IMG/VR virus record: IMGVR_UViG_3300014050_000003
Location: 1 to 64,000 of that record
Strand: one strand, 5' to 3'
DNA: 64,000 bases
Source: a virus
Made by a program: the position numbers and the translations under genes. The notes under the pieces were generated by a model, which did not search any database, was not told the origin of the DNA, and saw nothing but the letters and a program-made list of their open reading frames with translations. Within the stretch, counting starts at the first letter, position 1. The number at the start of each line of letters is the position of its first letter. Below, piece after piece: positions 40,656-51,467 of this stretch.

Positions 40656-41707
40656 ATCATTTTTAAAAATGCAAAATTTTTATTTTGATGTAAATTAAAT
40701 TGACCTACTAAAACTTTATTTTTTTCAAAAAGTTTTTTACTTGTTCTAAAATAAGAAGTCATTTGCCGATCTTTATTAAGAATAATAAGAATATCATCTT
40801 TAATTTTCCAAAAACTTTCGTTTTCATTGCAGCTTTTTATGGAAAAATCTTCATTTAAAATAAAATTTTCACAAAATAAAGTACATTTTTTTAAATTATT
40901 TAATTCAAAAAATTTAAATTTTTTGCCTATTATATATTCTCTTATAAAATCTGAATTAATTAAATTTTTATAATTTTCATCTTTTAAATAATGAATATGG
41001 TAGTATTTCCCTCCATTTAAAGAAAATTGATCAATAAGATTTGCAAAATGAATAAATTTACATGGAATAACAGGAATTTTATTTATAAATGCCATAAGGC
41101 TCAATCCATGATCGCTGGGTACATTTTCATTTATTAAAGATGTTAAAATATCTATATTTTCTAATATTTTTTTAAAAAACCCATGACTTTGAATACTACA
41201 TTCCCATTCATGAACCCAATAAGTAGGAATAAATTCTAAATTATTTGATTGTTTTTCAATAATAATGTTATTATTTAATAATACTTCTTTAATTTTTGGA
41301 TGAAAATCGTGCAATTCTCCGCAAGTAAGATGCATTGGTATATTGTAATCATAAATTGAATCTAATCTATCCACTAATCCACTTATATCAGTAGATGAAT
41401 CATCGTCTACTTGGATATGCCATCTAGTAGAATTGCTAATATAAGTTGAATTATTAACATAAAATGAATATATTTTTTCTCCTATAGTGTCTTTTTCAAA
41501 ATAAAAAAAATTTACTGGATAAGGAAATTTTATATTCTCGAATGCTTTCTTGTCTCTTTCGCATACAAGAGCATTTAAAATAATTTTTTTATTTTTTATA
41601 TTCAAAAGGCCATATTTTAAAAAATTTTGAAAAGCTTTTATATATTTATCTTTAGATAAAGAAAACATGCAGGTAATCATTAAATCATATTTCATTAAAA
41701 ATATCAA
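40652..41707 (-). CDS. Putative glycosyltransferase (Fringe/GT31-like)
   Basis: RW..QVDDDS motif; lies in a GT cluster. Confidence 0.45.
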   Translation of the reverse strand: MIFLMKYDLMITCMFSLSKDKYIKAFQNFLKYGLLNIKNKKIILNALVCERDKKAFENIKFPYPVNFFYFEKDTIGEKIYSFYVNNSTYISNSTRWHIQVDDDSSTDISGLVDRLDSIYDYNIPMHLTCGELHDFHPKIKEVLLNNNIIIEKQSNNLEFIPTYWVHEWECSIQSHGFFKKILENIDILTSLINENVPSDHGLSLMAFINKIPVIPCKFIHFANLIDQFSLNGGKYYHIHYLKDENYKNLINSDFIREYIIGKKFKFFELNNLKKCTLFCENFILNEDFSIKSCNENESFWKIKDDILIILNKDRQMTSYFRTSKKLFEKNKVLVGQFNLHQNKNFAFLKMI

Positions 41708-42707
41708 TCCATTCTTTTAAATGTTTTTCTTTATTGCACCAAATTTCTTTACATATTTGATGAGCTTTTAAACCCATTTGTTTTCTAAGCATGAAATTTT
41801 TTTCAAGTTCTTGTGCTTGATATTTACATTCTTCATAAGAATTCCAAAGAAATCCAGTTTCTTTATCTATTATTTGATTAGGAAAATTATATTTGTTAGG
41901 TGCAATAATTGGTAATCCATTCAAAGCTGCTTCTATAATTGCTCTACTTTGATTTTCTATAAACATTTGATGACTATTATAAACATAAACATCTAATGAA
42001 TTTAAAAAATTAGATGTAATTTCTTGATTTGGTTTCAAAAGATCCCATTTAGAATCGAATTTATACCATAAAAATCTTGTTTTAAAATTATCAGAAATGC
42101 CCATTACCCTATATTTTGGATTTTTTAAATCTAAATTATGATAAAATAAAGGGAAATCATCTGAAAATTTTAAATTATCTGGTCTGCTATGTTTGCCTAT
42201 GGTAAAAATATTTTTAAATTTTCTTTCATAATAACAATATGAATTTGCATCAAAATAGTTTGGAATAATAAATTCTTTTGAGTTTTCTGTAAATTCATTT
42301 TTCATTTTTTCTTTATGAAATTTACTTGTATACAAGTAAGCATCTATCATTTTATTTTTTAAAGCTTCTTCTTCGTGTTCTGTATGCCACATCATATCAT
42401 TCGACCATATAAATTTTAATCCAGAATTTTTAATTTGGTCAAGTCTCCATTTTTCGGAAAATAATCTAAAATTACAAAAAGATAAGGCAATCCCATTAAG
42501 TTTTTTAGGAAGTGATTTATATGTCTCTATATCTATATTGTTGTCTAATAAAAAATCAATATTATGTTTTTCTAAAACTCTAAAGTCATCATTTGGAATA
42601 CATGTAACTTTAAAATCTTTAATACTACCAAAAAGTTTTAATAAATCTTTTAATCTTGTATCTGCTCCGCCAAGTTCAGATATCCATTGAAATATATAAA
42701 TATTCAT
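41685..42707 (-). CDS. GT-B (GT4-like) glycosyltransferase
   Basis: LGGADT, IPN.FD, E....IIEAA..GLPIIA, I.D..TGFL. Confidence 0.8.
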   Translation of the reverse strand: MNIYIFQWISELGGADTRLKDLLKLFGSIKDFKVTCIPNDDFRVLEKHNIDFLLDNNIDIETYKSLPKKLNGIALSFCNFRLFSEKWRLDQIKNSGLKFIWSNDMMWHTEHEEEALKNKMIDAYLYTSKFHKEKMKNEFTENSKEFIIPNYFDANSYCYYERKFKNIFTIGKHSRPDNLKFSDDFPLFYHNLDLKNPKYRVMGISDNFKTRFLWYKFDSKWDLLKPNQEITSNFLNSLDVYVYNSHQMFIENQSRAIIEAALNGLPIIAPNKYNFPNQIIDKETGFLWNSYEECKYQAQELEKNFMLRKQMGLKAHQICKEIWCNKEKHLKEWIDIFNEI

Positions 42708-43343
42708 TAAACATCAAATAAGAGATTATTTTCATGAAAAAATGAAATTTTATTAGCTTGCAAAGCGTTTTTTAATTCAAAAATAACTTCTGGATTAACT
42801 TTTTCATTTAATGTTTTATAAAAAAATAAAGCTTTATCTTCATTTTCTTTTCTTTTACACGAGCATCCATGATAAGCTGCATCTAAATAGTCTTTAATTA
42901 TTGCAAGATTTGAGTCTTTAAAAATTATTTCTTCATTATTATGAAGAACATCGTAAAATACTCTTAATGATGGGATTATTATATCTTTTTTATCTTCCAT
43001 AAATATATTTGTCTAGGATAAGATATACTACAATTGAAATCATATAATATAAAGCAAAAAATATAATATTAGAAAATAATATACATGAAAATAAAGTAAT
43101 CCAAAAATTTAAACAATATGGGCAAGTAACTAATTTTGTCAAAAAGTTAGGATTTTTTATGGTTAAAAATGTTATATAATTGATGTCTGGATTAATTTTT
43201 TTATAGTCTAAATATTTATCTATTCTAAAAAATTTACTTAATTTAAATAATTTGAAATATTCAACAATAGCTTCTGTTTTAAACCATACTAATAGTATAA
43301 AATTTATTAGACAAATTTGATTTATAAAGTCCTTGACTTCCAT
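42707..43343 (-). CDS. Hypothetical protein (42707-43000) and DUF1360-like membrane protein (42990-43343)
   Basis: The second has KLVTCPYCLNFWI plus TM segments. Confidence 0.6.
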
Positions 43344-43385
43344 ATATATTTATTATATTATATAAACACAGAATATTCTATATTA

Positions 43386-43796
43386 ATGAACGATAAATTT
43401 ATATTAATGGCTAAAAAAATTGCCAGTGAAATATCTAATTTCTCTGAAGATCCATATGCAAAAGTTGGTTCTGTAGTCTTAAATAAAGATGGTAGAATAT
43501 TATCTGTTGGGTATAATGGTCTAGCACCAAAAAAGAATGTAAGTGGCAAATTTTGGTTAGATAGAGATCATAGAAGAAACTTTATGATACATGCAGAAAT
43601 GAATGCTTTATCTTGTATTTCAAGATACGACAATCCATATAGTATATATATAAATCTTTCACCATGTACGTATTGTGCTAATTTAATAGCTTCTTATGGT
43701 TTAAAAGAAGTATATTATACTGAAGAATATTCTTATGGAACTAAAGCTAAAGAAGTTTTTGAATTTTATAATATAAAATACAGGAGAATAAATTAA
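43386..43796 (+). CDS. dCMP deaminase
   Basis: S.DP..KVG.V, GYNG, HAE.NAL, SPC..CA..I; start set at MNDKF. Confidence 0.9.
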   Translation: MNDKFILMAKKIASEISNFSEDPYAKVGSVVLNKDGRILSVGYNGLAPKKNVSGKFWLDRDHRRNFMIHAEMNALSCISRYDNPYSIYINLSPCTYCANLIASYGLKEVYYTEEYSYGTKAKEVFEFYNIKYRRIN

Positions 43797-44377
43797 TGAA
43801 AATCATTGGAATTTCTGGCGTAGCAACTTCTGGTAAAGATACTTTATGCAATCTTATATCTAGATATTTAGCTCAAAAAAATATAGAAACAAAAAGGGTT
43901 GCTTTAGCCGATAAATTAAAAGAAGACTTAAAAGATTTTTTAATTGAAAAATTTAATGTAGATATTACAAAACCTACTATAGAAGAAAAAACTTTAGTAA
44001 GACCAATATTAGTATCTTATGGTAAGGTTAAGCGTAACTTAACTAAAGGCACTTACTGGACTAATAAAATTAATTCAGATATAGATGATTTATTGAATAA
44101 TAATATATTGCCAATAATTACTGATATAAGATATATGGAATATCCAGAAGATGAATTTTCATGGCTTAAGAAAAAAAGTGGAGTGCTAATTCATATATCT
44201 AGATTAGATTCTAATGATAAATTAATTCCACCAGCTAATTCTGAGGAGAAAGAAAATGATAAAATGATAAAAGAGAATGCAGATTTATCTTGTACTTGGA
44301 AAACTCAAGAAGATTTGGACTCTCTATATTATGAACATATTAAATTTTTGGAGAAAATATATGAAACAATTAAATGA
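43796..44377 (+). CDS. Deoxynucleoside monophosphate kinase
   Basis: IIGISG...SGKDT, ALAD.LK, RP.LV.YG, ITDIRY...E. Confidence 0.8.
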   Translation: MKIIGISGVATSGKDTLCNLISRYLAQKNIETKRVALADKLKEDLKDFLIEKFNVDITKPTIEEKTLVRPILVSYGKVKRNLTKGTYWTNKINSDIDDLLNNNILPIITDIRYMEYPEDEFSWLKKKSGVLIHISRLDSNDKLIPPANSEEKENDKMIKENADLSCTWKTQEDLDSLYYEHIKFLEKIYETIK

Positions 44378-44975
44378 ACTTGAATACTTAACTGATGCTC
44401 AACTTATAGAAAATGTAAAATGCAATAATTGCAGTGATTCTATGAAAGAGCTAGAAGATAGACATAGCGGTATTTGTTATACTATGATTAAAAAATATTA
44501 TAACAGTATGTCTTCTATTGGTGTTGATCCTGTAGAAATAGCTAAAGAAAAAGATTATGTAATATACAAATCTGCTCTTAATTTTGATATTTCAAAAAAT
44601 ATAAAATTTTCTACTTGGTTAGGTAATCAAATGCGATTTCATTGTCTAAATTGTATGAATAAAAACAATAGTACTATTTCAATGGAAAATGAATCTATTA
44701 AAAATATTATGGAAAAAAATCAAATGCTTTATTCTAGCTCTGTTTTGAATAAAGATAATTGCGAATATATTTTTAATTTATTAGATCAATTAAAAGATAA
44801 AAGAATTATTGAAATTTTTAAAATGCGTTATTTTTCAGATAAAAAAACTGTATCTTGGAGTAAAATTGGAAAGAAACTTAAAATTAGTACCCAGACGGTA
44901 ATTAATTTGCATAATAAAACATTAAAGTTTCTTAAAAATAAATTAGAAAGTAATAGTTTTCAAGATACTATCTAA
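44361..44975 (+). CDS. Phage-encoded sigma70-family RNA polymerase sigma factor
   Basis: Region 2 (FD.SK..KFSTW) and region 4 HTH (IF.MRY....SW.KIGK.L.IS.Q.V..LH.K.L..LK); start set at MKQLNE. Confidence 0.8.
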   Translation: MKQLNELEYLTDAQLIENVKCNNCSDSMKELEDRHSGICYTMIKKYYNSMSSIGVDPVEIAKEKDYVIYKSALNFDISKNIKFSTWLGNQMRFHCLNCMNKNNSTISMENESIKNIMEKNQMLYSSSVLNKDNCEYIFNLLDQLKDKRIIEIFKMRYFSDKKTVSWSKIGKKLKISTQTVINLHNKTLKFLKNKLESNSFQDTI

Positions 44976-44988
44976 TAAGGAGAAACAA

Positions 44989-45297
44989 ATGAGCGAACAA
45001 AATAATGATTGGGCAAAGAGAGATATCGGAGCCCTTTGGAAAAGAGAAGGTAAGAATCAAAAATATCTTTCTGGATATTTTAAAGATGAACTTGGTGAGC
45101 AAGTAGAAATTGTAATTTTTGCTAATAAATTCAAAAAAGACAATCCAAAAGCTCCAGATTATAGAGTTTATCTATCTAAATCTGATAATAAACCAGCAGC
45201 TAAAACTTCTGCACCTGTAAAAAATGCAGTTCAAAAAGTTCCAGTTAAAGCAGTTGCTAAAGTAGCTGTTGAAGAGGAATCAGAAGATTTGTTGTGA
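44989..45297 (+). CDS. DUF736-like / small SSB-like protein
   Basis: IGALWK....KYLSG...IF.N.......PDYRVY, low-complexity linker and acidic C-terminus EESEDLL. Confidence 0.6.
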   Translation: MSEQNNDWAKRDIGALWKREGKNQKYLSGYFKDELGEQVEIVIFANKFKKDNPKAPDYRVYLSKSDNKPAAKTSAPVKNAVQKVPVKAVAKVAVEEESEDLL

Positions 45298-46388
45298 AGC
45301 TTTGTTTACATGTTCCAGTAAATCAAGTTAGTTTTGGACAGCTATCTACATTATTGCTTAGAGAAATATACAATTCTAATAAATTAGACACAAGTATCTT
45401 TCTTATAGGCAATAGTGTAGACTTAGCTTCTCAAAAAGATTTAGATCAAAATTTCTTAAATTGGTTGCAAGATCAAATAAAAGATACATTATCTACTCAT
45501 ACTAGAAATACTGATACATTTAAACTTTGGCATCTTAATGGTTCATTAGAGAGTATATCTAATAATCAAACTTTATTATCTTTTTATGAGTTAGACCAAC
45601 CAACTAAAGAAGAATTAAATATTGCAAGAAATCAAAAAAATACTATCTTTACATCTACATATACAAACAATATATTTAAAGAGCATGGATGTAAAAATAC
45701 TCATTTTATTCCTCTTCCATTTGATAAATACAATTTTAAAGTAACTAATAAAACTTATCATACTGATGATAGAATAGTTTTCAATCTTTGTGGTAAATTA
45801 GAAAAAAGAAAACATCATAAGAAAATTATTAGAGCTTGGTTGAAGAAATATGGAAATAACTCTAAATATTTTTTACAATGTTCTATTTATAATCCATTTT
45901 TAAAACCAGAAGATCAACAAAAATTAATATACGATATTTTAGAAGGTAAAAATTATTTTAATATATCATTTTTAGGAATGATGCAAAAAAATGAAGTATA
46001 TAATGACTATCTTAATAGTGCAGATATTATTATTGGAATGAGTGGTGGAGAAGGTTGGGGATTACCAGAGTTTCAATCTGTAGCTATGGGTAAACATGGA
46101 GTTATTTTAAATGCTCATGCCTATAAAGATTGGGCTGATAAAGATAATTCCACAATGGTTGAACCTTCTGGTAAAATTGAAGCATATGATAATATGTTCT
46201 TTCAAAAGGGTTCTATATTTAATCAAGGAAATATATATGATTTTAATGAAGATGACTTTATATCAGCTTGTGAACAAGCTTGTGAAAAAGTAAGATTAAA
46301 TAAAGTAAATAAAAATGGTTTAAAATTACAAGAAAAATTTACTACAGAAAAATTTTTAGAAGATATTCTTAATGTAATTAAAAAATAA
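45294..46388 (+). CDS. GT-B (GT4-like) glycosyltransferase
   Basis: GK.EKRK, S.GEGWGLP.F...A.G. Confidence 0.8.
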   Translation: MKLCLHVPVNQVSFGQLSTLLLREIYNSNKLDTSIFLIGNSVDLASQKDLDQNFLNWLQDQIKDTLSTHTRNTDTFKLWHLNGSLESISNNQTLLSFYELDQPTKEELNIARNQKNTIFTSTYTNNIFKEHGCKNTHFIPLPFDKYNFKVTNKTYHTDDRIVFNLCGKLEKRKHHKKIIRAWLKKYGNNSKYFLQCSIYNPFLKPEDQQKLIYDILEGKNYFNISFLGMMQKNEVYNDYLNSADIIIGMSGGEGWGLPEFQSVAMGKHGVILNAHAYKDWADKDNSTMVEPSGKIEAYDNMFFQKGSIFNQGNIYDFNEDDFISACEQACEKVRLNKVNKNGLKLQEKFTTEKFLEDILNVIKK

Positions 46389-46389
46389 T

Positions 46390-46740
46390 ATGCCAGAATA
46401 TTTATACGAGCATCCTAAAACTGGTAAAATTATCAGTATAGTTCAAAGTATTCATGAAAAGCATGAATATATTGATGATAAGAATATAAAATGGAATAGA
46501 GTATTTACTGCTCCAGAGTTAAACACAGAAGGTACATTAAAAGCTGATTGCACTCCTCAACAATTTAGCGAATATACTGGAAAAAGAAAAGGTACAATTG
46601 GTGATTTATTTGATCGCAGTGCTGAATTATCAGAAAAAAGAAAAAAGATTATTGGAAAAGACCCTTTAAAGGAAAAATATTTTCAAAATTGGAGTAAAAA
46701 ACGTAAAGGTAAAAAACATCCATTATCTGGTCAAGATTAA
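46390..46740 (+). CDS. FmdB-like N-terminus hypothetical protein
   Basis: MP.Y.Y...TG....W.RVFT.P pattern. Confidence 0.55.
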   Translation: MPEYLYEHPKTGKIISIVQSIHEKHEYIDDKNIKWNRVFTAPELNTEGTLKADCTPQQFSEYTGKRKGTIGDLFDRSAELSEKRKKIIGKDPLKEKYFQNWSKKRKGKKHPLSGQD

Positions 46741-47606
46741 AACCAGACTTCGTTGTGTATTATTCTTAATACTTTAATCCAATCTTGTAGATGTTCTGAT
46801 ACTTGTATCTTATCTGAATTTTCAAAACCATTTTTTGCTATATTATAATAAATTTTTTCAGATGGATAAGCTCTCCTAGCTTTATTTAAATTCTTATAAA
46901 AGAAACCTAAAAATACTAAAAGTGATTTAGCTGTATCTTCATCATGTTTAAATTCTAATATAGATTTTTTAATTATAGGTTCTCCAATTAAATCATAAAA
47001 TTTTAAACCAACTGCTTCTGAAACGTATTCTTTTTCTTCAAATGAATATTTTAAATCTTTACTATATTTTATAATTGTAATTTCTGCAAATACTGGAAAA
47101 CTTATATCAACAATTCCATCTACAGATTCTTCTGAAATTTTATTTAATATTTCTGGCAAACATTGTGGATCTTGAATAAGTAAGAAAGTCTTTTCTGCTG
47201 ACAATCCTAATTTCTTTGCGAAAAAATCAATATCTCTATCAGATACAATCACATTAACTATTACAGTTAATTTAACTTATTTTCTATTTAAATGATTTTG
47301 AATAATATCAAAATTACGATCTAATTTAGCTTCAATCCTATCGAAATAGGCTTCAAATGATTCTTTAGTAACATAAGTTGTACTAATTTTTAATGCCAAA
47401 TCTGATATTTCTTGTTGATGTTTTCTGCTTTCAACTTCCATTTCTTTTCTTAAAGTAATAAAATCACTAAAGGTTTTATCATTAATTTCTTTCATTAAAT
47501 TCTCTTGTTTATCAAAAAGAGAAAATAATCTAGTAAATAGCCATCCTCCAAGGAAAGAGGCTCCTCCCATAACTAAGTTAAATATCATTGAAATATCTAA
47601 ATTCAC
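46737..47606 (-). CDS. Hypothetical protein (46737-47252) and single-TM coiled-coil protein, possibly holin-like (47277-47606)
   Basis: Both have GTG starts with GTGTAA/CTGTAA upstream; the second has an N-terminal TM segment and a YV.K..F...IE.KLD coiled coil. Confidence 0.55.
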
Positions 47607-47635
47607 ATAGATATTTACACATTATTTAATAAATA

Positions 47636-48700
47636 TTATAGCTTTAAATCACCAAAATCTTCGTCTTCTATATCAGTCTTTCTTGCACCAACTTTATAAC
47701 TAGAAATCTCTGTTTCTTGAGGTGCGACTTGGACTTTACTACTATCTAGATAACTATCTAACCATCCAGAAATAGGATTATCTTTTTGATTAAATATCTT
47801 TTTATAGCCAAGACTTCTGAGCCTAGAATCACATAACCATTTAGAATATCCATCTAAAACTTCAGCATTTAAACCTAATAAACTACCTTTACTAAATAGA
47901 TATTTAGACCATTCGCTTTCATTTTTTGCAGCTTGCTCATAAAAAGCGTATATTTTATCTTCACTTTTTTTAACTATATTAGTGAAACCTTCTTTGTCTT
48001 CATCTCTTAAAATTTTAAGTAAATTTTGGCTTACTGCAAAATGCAAAGCCTCATCTCTTTGAATAAATTTTATGATCTTAGAATTACCTTCCATCTTTCC
48101 ACGATATCCAAAATAGAAAGAACAGGCAAAAGAAACGTAAAACACAAGACCTTCCATTACATTAATAGAAAGAATAGCATCAAAAATCTTTTGTTTAGGA
48201 TCTTTCTTTTCATCATCACCAAGAATTTTATCAAAATTATTTCTAATTAATTCTGCACGGCTTGTAATTTCTTTATCTTCCATAATACTATCAAAAAATT
48301 TAGTTGCATCTGGATATACGTTATTTAAAAGATAAGAGTAAGAATAACTATGAATACCCTCAAATTGTGCCCAAGTATTCATACAAATTTCAAGTTCTGG
48401 ATTAGTAACATAATCTTTAAGACTATGAATACTTCTAGAAAGCATACTATCTCCAAGAGTTTGAAATCTAAGATTGCTATCAAAAACAAATCTTTCTGTA
48501 TCTGTTAAATTTTTATAATCACTACGATCTTTTCCTAAAGCTATTTCATGAGGCCACCAAAAATTTTCATTTTGTTTTTTAAACAATTCAAAAAATATAG
48601 GATATTTAAACCGATCATATCTTTGAAGATTCAAATCTTCTCCAAGAAATAATGGTTGTTTAGTAGTATCTATATTTTTAAAATTTAAAACTGTTTTCAT
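47636..48700 (-). CDS. nrdB: Ribonucleotide reductase class Ia beta subunit
   Basis: FWWP.E, FQT..DS, E.IHS.SY, LE...FYVSFACSF, IQRDE..H, QVAPQETEI.SY. Confidence 0.97.
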   Translation of the reverse strand: MKTVLNFKNIDTTKQPLFLGEDLNLQRYDRFKYPIFFELFKKQNENFWWPHEIALGKDRSDYKNLTDTERFVFDSNLRFQTLGDSMLSRSIHSLKDYVTNPELEICMNTWAQFEGIHSYSYSYLLNNVYPDATKFFDSIMEDKEITSRAELIRNNFDKILGDDEKKDPKQKIFDAILSINVMEGLVFYVSFACSFYFGYRGKMEGNSKIIKFIQRDEALHFAVSQNLLKILRDEDKEGFTNIVKKSEDKIYAFYEQAAKNESEWSKYLFSKGSLLGLNAEVLDGYSKWLCDSRLRSLGYKKIFNQKDNPISGWLDSYLDSSKVQVAPQETEISSYKVGARKTDIEDEDFGDLKL

Positions 48701-50949
48701 AATTTACATGCTCCACTTGAACAATCTCTATCTTCTTTTTGATTAAGAGACTGCTCTTTATCTCCATCGTCTGTATTATTGTAATAAAGACTAATTAATC
48801 CAAGGCTATATGCGTACATAATTTCTTTCATTACTTTAGCGTCTGGTAATATATTATTTTCATAATGACTATAGTTATAGTATACATTAGTTGATATAGC
48901 CATGTCAATATATTTTTGAATAACTGCATTAATTTTTAACAATCCAGTATTATCTTTAAGATCATAAGCTAATTCATAATTATCATCATATTTTCCAATT
49001 CCTGGAACCATAACTGGAAGTTTACCCATTTTACTAGTTTTATAAGTAATAAGACTACGAATAGGCTCAACTCCATTTGTTGAGCATTGAATAACTGAAC
49101 TACTTTCACAAGGCATACAAGAAGATAATGTAGAATGTCTTAATCCAAATTCTTTAATATCTTTCCTTAATTTTTCCCAATCAAGTGATAATTTTCTTTT
49201 AACTAACTCATCTACTTTATCTTTATATGTATCAATCGGAAGTATACCTTTAGAGTATTTAGTTTTATCAAATTTTTCACATTTGCCTTTTTCTTTAGCT
49301 AATTCAAGGCTACTTTTTAATAGATAGTATTGAAAATGTTCCATCCATTCATCAACAACAGATAATGACTTATCTGAACTGTATTTTAATTCATTTTTAG
49401 CGAGAAAAGCCGCAAGATTAGTTATACCAACTCCAAGACTTCTACGCTTTTTTGCAAAATTTTCAGCAGCAATATTAAAGTAATCTTGCAGATCTATGAT
49501 TTCATCAAGAAATCTTACGATAAGATCGCAGGTCTTTTCAAGATCTTGCCAGCTCTTTATTTCTAACATATTTACTGCCGAAAGTATACACATTCCAATC
49601 TCCCCATTTTTATCATGATAATCATTCAATGGAATAGTTGGATGAATAACTTCAGTGCAAAGATTACTCATTGTAACTTTATCTAACCAAGCTCCATGAT
49701 TATTTGCATGATCAACATTTAATATATAAATACGACCAGTTTCAACTCTCTCTTTAACTATTAGAGAAAATAGTTTACGAGCAGATATTTTCTTTTTAAT
49801 TTTTAATTTTTTAGATTCACACTCTTTATAAATTTTATCAAAATCTTTTGTTCCCCATGCTTCATAAAGTTCTGGAACTTCTGCATTATTGAATAAAGTG
49901 ATATCTTCATCTTTTAAAACTCTATCATAAAACAACTTACTCATTCCAACAGTATAATCTAATTTACGAACACGATTGTCATCTGTGCCAGCATTATTTT
50001 TTAATACTACAATATCTTCAATTTCATAATGCCACCATTGAATATTACAAGTTGCACTTCCACCTCTTAATCCGTTTTGTTGCCATGCTTTGACACTACT
50101 TTCATAAATTTTTAAGAATGGAATTAAACCTGTATGAACAACTTCACCATTTTTAATTGGTGAACCTATAGCTCTAATTTTACTAACATCAATACCAATA
50201 CCGCATCTATTAGCAGTAGCCATACTAACAGCCGTAGCACTAGCAGTAATACTTTCTCTAGTATCATCTACTCCAATTAAACAACAACTAGCATAATTTT
50301 TACTAGAAGTCCTAACTCCTGCCATTACTGGTGTTGGAAGATTAATTTTATGTTTACTAATAGCATCATAAAATTTTCTTACATAAGATAGTCTTGTTTC
50401 TATTGGATAGCGTGCAAAAGCATATGCTGCAATTAAAATATAAGCAAATTGTGGAGTTTCATAAATTTTACCATTAGTTCTATTTTTTATCAAATATTTA
50501 TCGCAAAGTTGTTTGATTCCAGCGTATGTAAAAATATAATCTCTATCATGGTCAATAAATTCACCAATTTTATTAATTTCATCTTCGGAATAATGATTTA
50601 ATATAGATTCATCATAAATTTTATTTTTTATACTTTCTTTTAGAAATTCTAATAATCTTGGAGCATGTTTACCTTTCCAGACATCTTTTCTTAATTGATA
50701 ATTCAAAAGTCTAGCAGCAACAAATTGATAGTTTGGTTTATCAAAAGAAATTAAGTTAGCTGCACTTTCAATCAACAGATTGTGTATTTCTTTTGTTGTT
50801 ATACCATCTGTAATATTTATTTTAGCATTGATTTCGATATCTGTAAGACTTACTCCTGAGTATCCATCTATTGCCCAATTGATTACTTTGTTAATTTTTT
50901 CTATGTTAAATTTTTCTGTAGTATTATTTCTTTTTTTTACATGTATCAT
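48697..50949 (-). CDS. nrdA: Ribonucleotide reductase class Ia alpha subunit with ATP cone
   Basis: ATP cone, PTP.MAG.RT, ASCC, GLRGG, SNLCTE, MP.ESSS, LYY, C-terminal C..GAC.L; no intein or intron seen. Confidence 0.97.
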   Translation of the reverse strand: MIHVKKRNNTTEKFNIEKINKVINWAIDGYSGVSLTDIEINAKINITDGITTKEIHNLLIESAANLISFDKPNYQFVAARLLNYQLRKDVWKGKHAPRLLEFLKESIKNKIYDESILNHYSEDEINKIGEFIDHDRDYIFTYAGIKQLCDKYLIKNRTNGKIYETPQFAYILIAAYAFARYPIETRLSYVRKFYDAISKHKINLPTPVMAGVRTSSKNYASCCLIGVDDTRESITASATAVSMATANRCGIGIDVSKIRAIGSPIKNGEVVHTGLIPFLKIYESSVKAWQQNGLRGGSATCNIQWWHYEIEDIVVLKNNAGTDDNRVRKLDYTVGMSKLFYDRVLKDEDITLFNNAEVPELYEAWGTKDFDKIYKECESKKLKIKKKISARKLFSLIVKERVETGRIYILNVDHANNHGAWLDKVTMSNLCTEVIHPTIPLNDYHDKNGEIGMCILSAVNMLEIKSWQDLEKTCDLIVRFLDEIIDLQDYFNIAAENFAKKRRSLGVGITNLAAFLAKNELKYSSDKSLSVVDEWMEHFQYYLLKSSLELAKEKGKCEKFDKTKYSKGILPIDTYKDKVDELVKRKLSLDWEKLRKDIKEFGLRHSTLSSCMPCESSSVIQCSTNGVEPIRSLITYKTSKMGKLPVMVPGIGKYDDNYELAYDLKDNTGLLKINAVIQKYIDMAISTNVYYNYSHYENNILPDAKVMKEIMYAYSLGLISLYYNNTDDGDKEQSLNQKEDRDCSSGACKL

Positions 50950-51103
50950 TTATAAAATCCTTTTATTAGAGATGTAAGTAATGTTACAGTATTTTTAACT
51001 TTTAAAAAAGAAAAAAAATAAAAGTTATCAACATTAAATATAAAACTTTAAATTAAGTGTACTGATTTAATATCTTATAAAAAATAATAACTTTTCTTTG
51101 ATA

Positions 51104-51395
51104 TCCTAATAGGCTTTACCTCGCAAAGATATATTTTGCAAGGTTGTTTATAGATCTTCGCCAACTTTTCTTTTGACTCCTTTTTCTTTAGCGTTTCTTC
51201 CAAAGAATGGCTACGGCATTTATAGGAACGCGGTTGGTTATTCCTGTGCATTTTGCCGTACCTTACACCTACATTTCGTTGTAAGCTTTTTAAACAAACA
51301 ACATTTTAATGGTCGTCAGCCTATGGGACGTTGCCATCGCAAAGCTAAGATACTAGAGGATTTATTTGACTATCCACAAAACTGCTTTATTAGGA
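51104..51395 (-). ncRNA. Candidate ~290-nt multibranched structured RNA
   Basis: Relatively GC-rich non-coding island behind a TTGACA(51435-40)/TATTAT promoter. The ends pair (TCCTAATA..TATTAGGA) and enclose several internal stems. Confidence 0.6.
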
Positions 51396-51467
51396 AGCTA
51401 TGTAATGATATATAATATATTTTTATTATTGATTTGTCAAATAAAAAGTGTAATTTTATACAATAAT

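Noticed and set aside
47636-50949. Intein or intron in nrdA/nrdB
   Set aside because: Both ORFs are continuous and of normal length.
51104-51395. RNase P RNA, cobalamin riboswitch or group I intron; also the + strand ORF 51173-51415
   Set aside because: No GAGGAAAGUCC/P4, B12-box or P7 signatures were seen. The ORF has a TTG start and atypical composition and is probably shadow.
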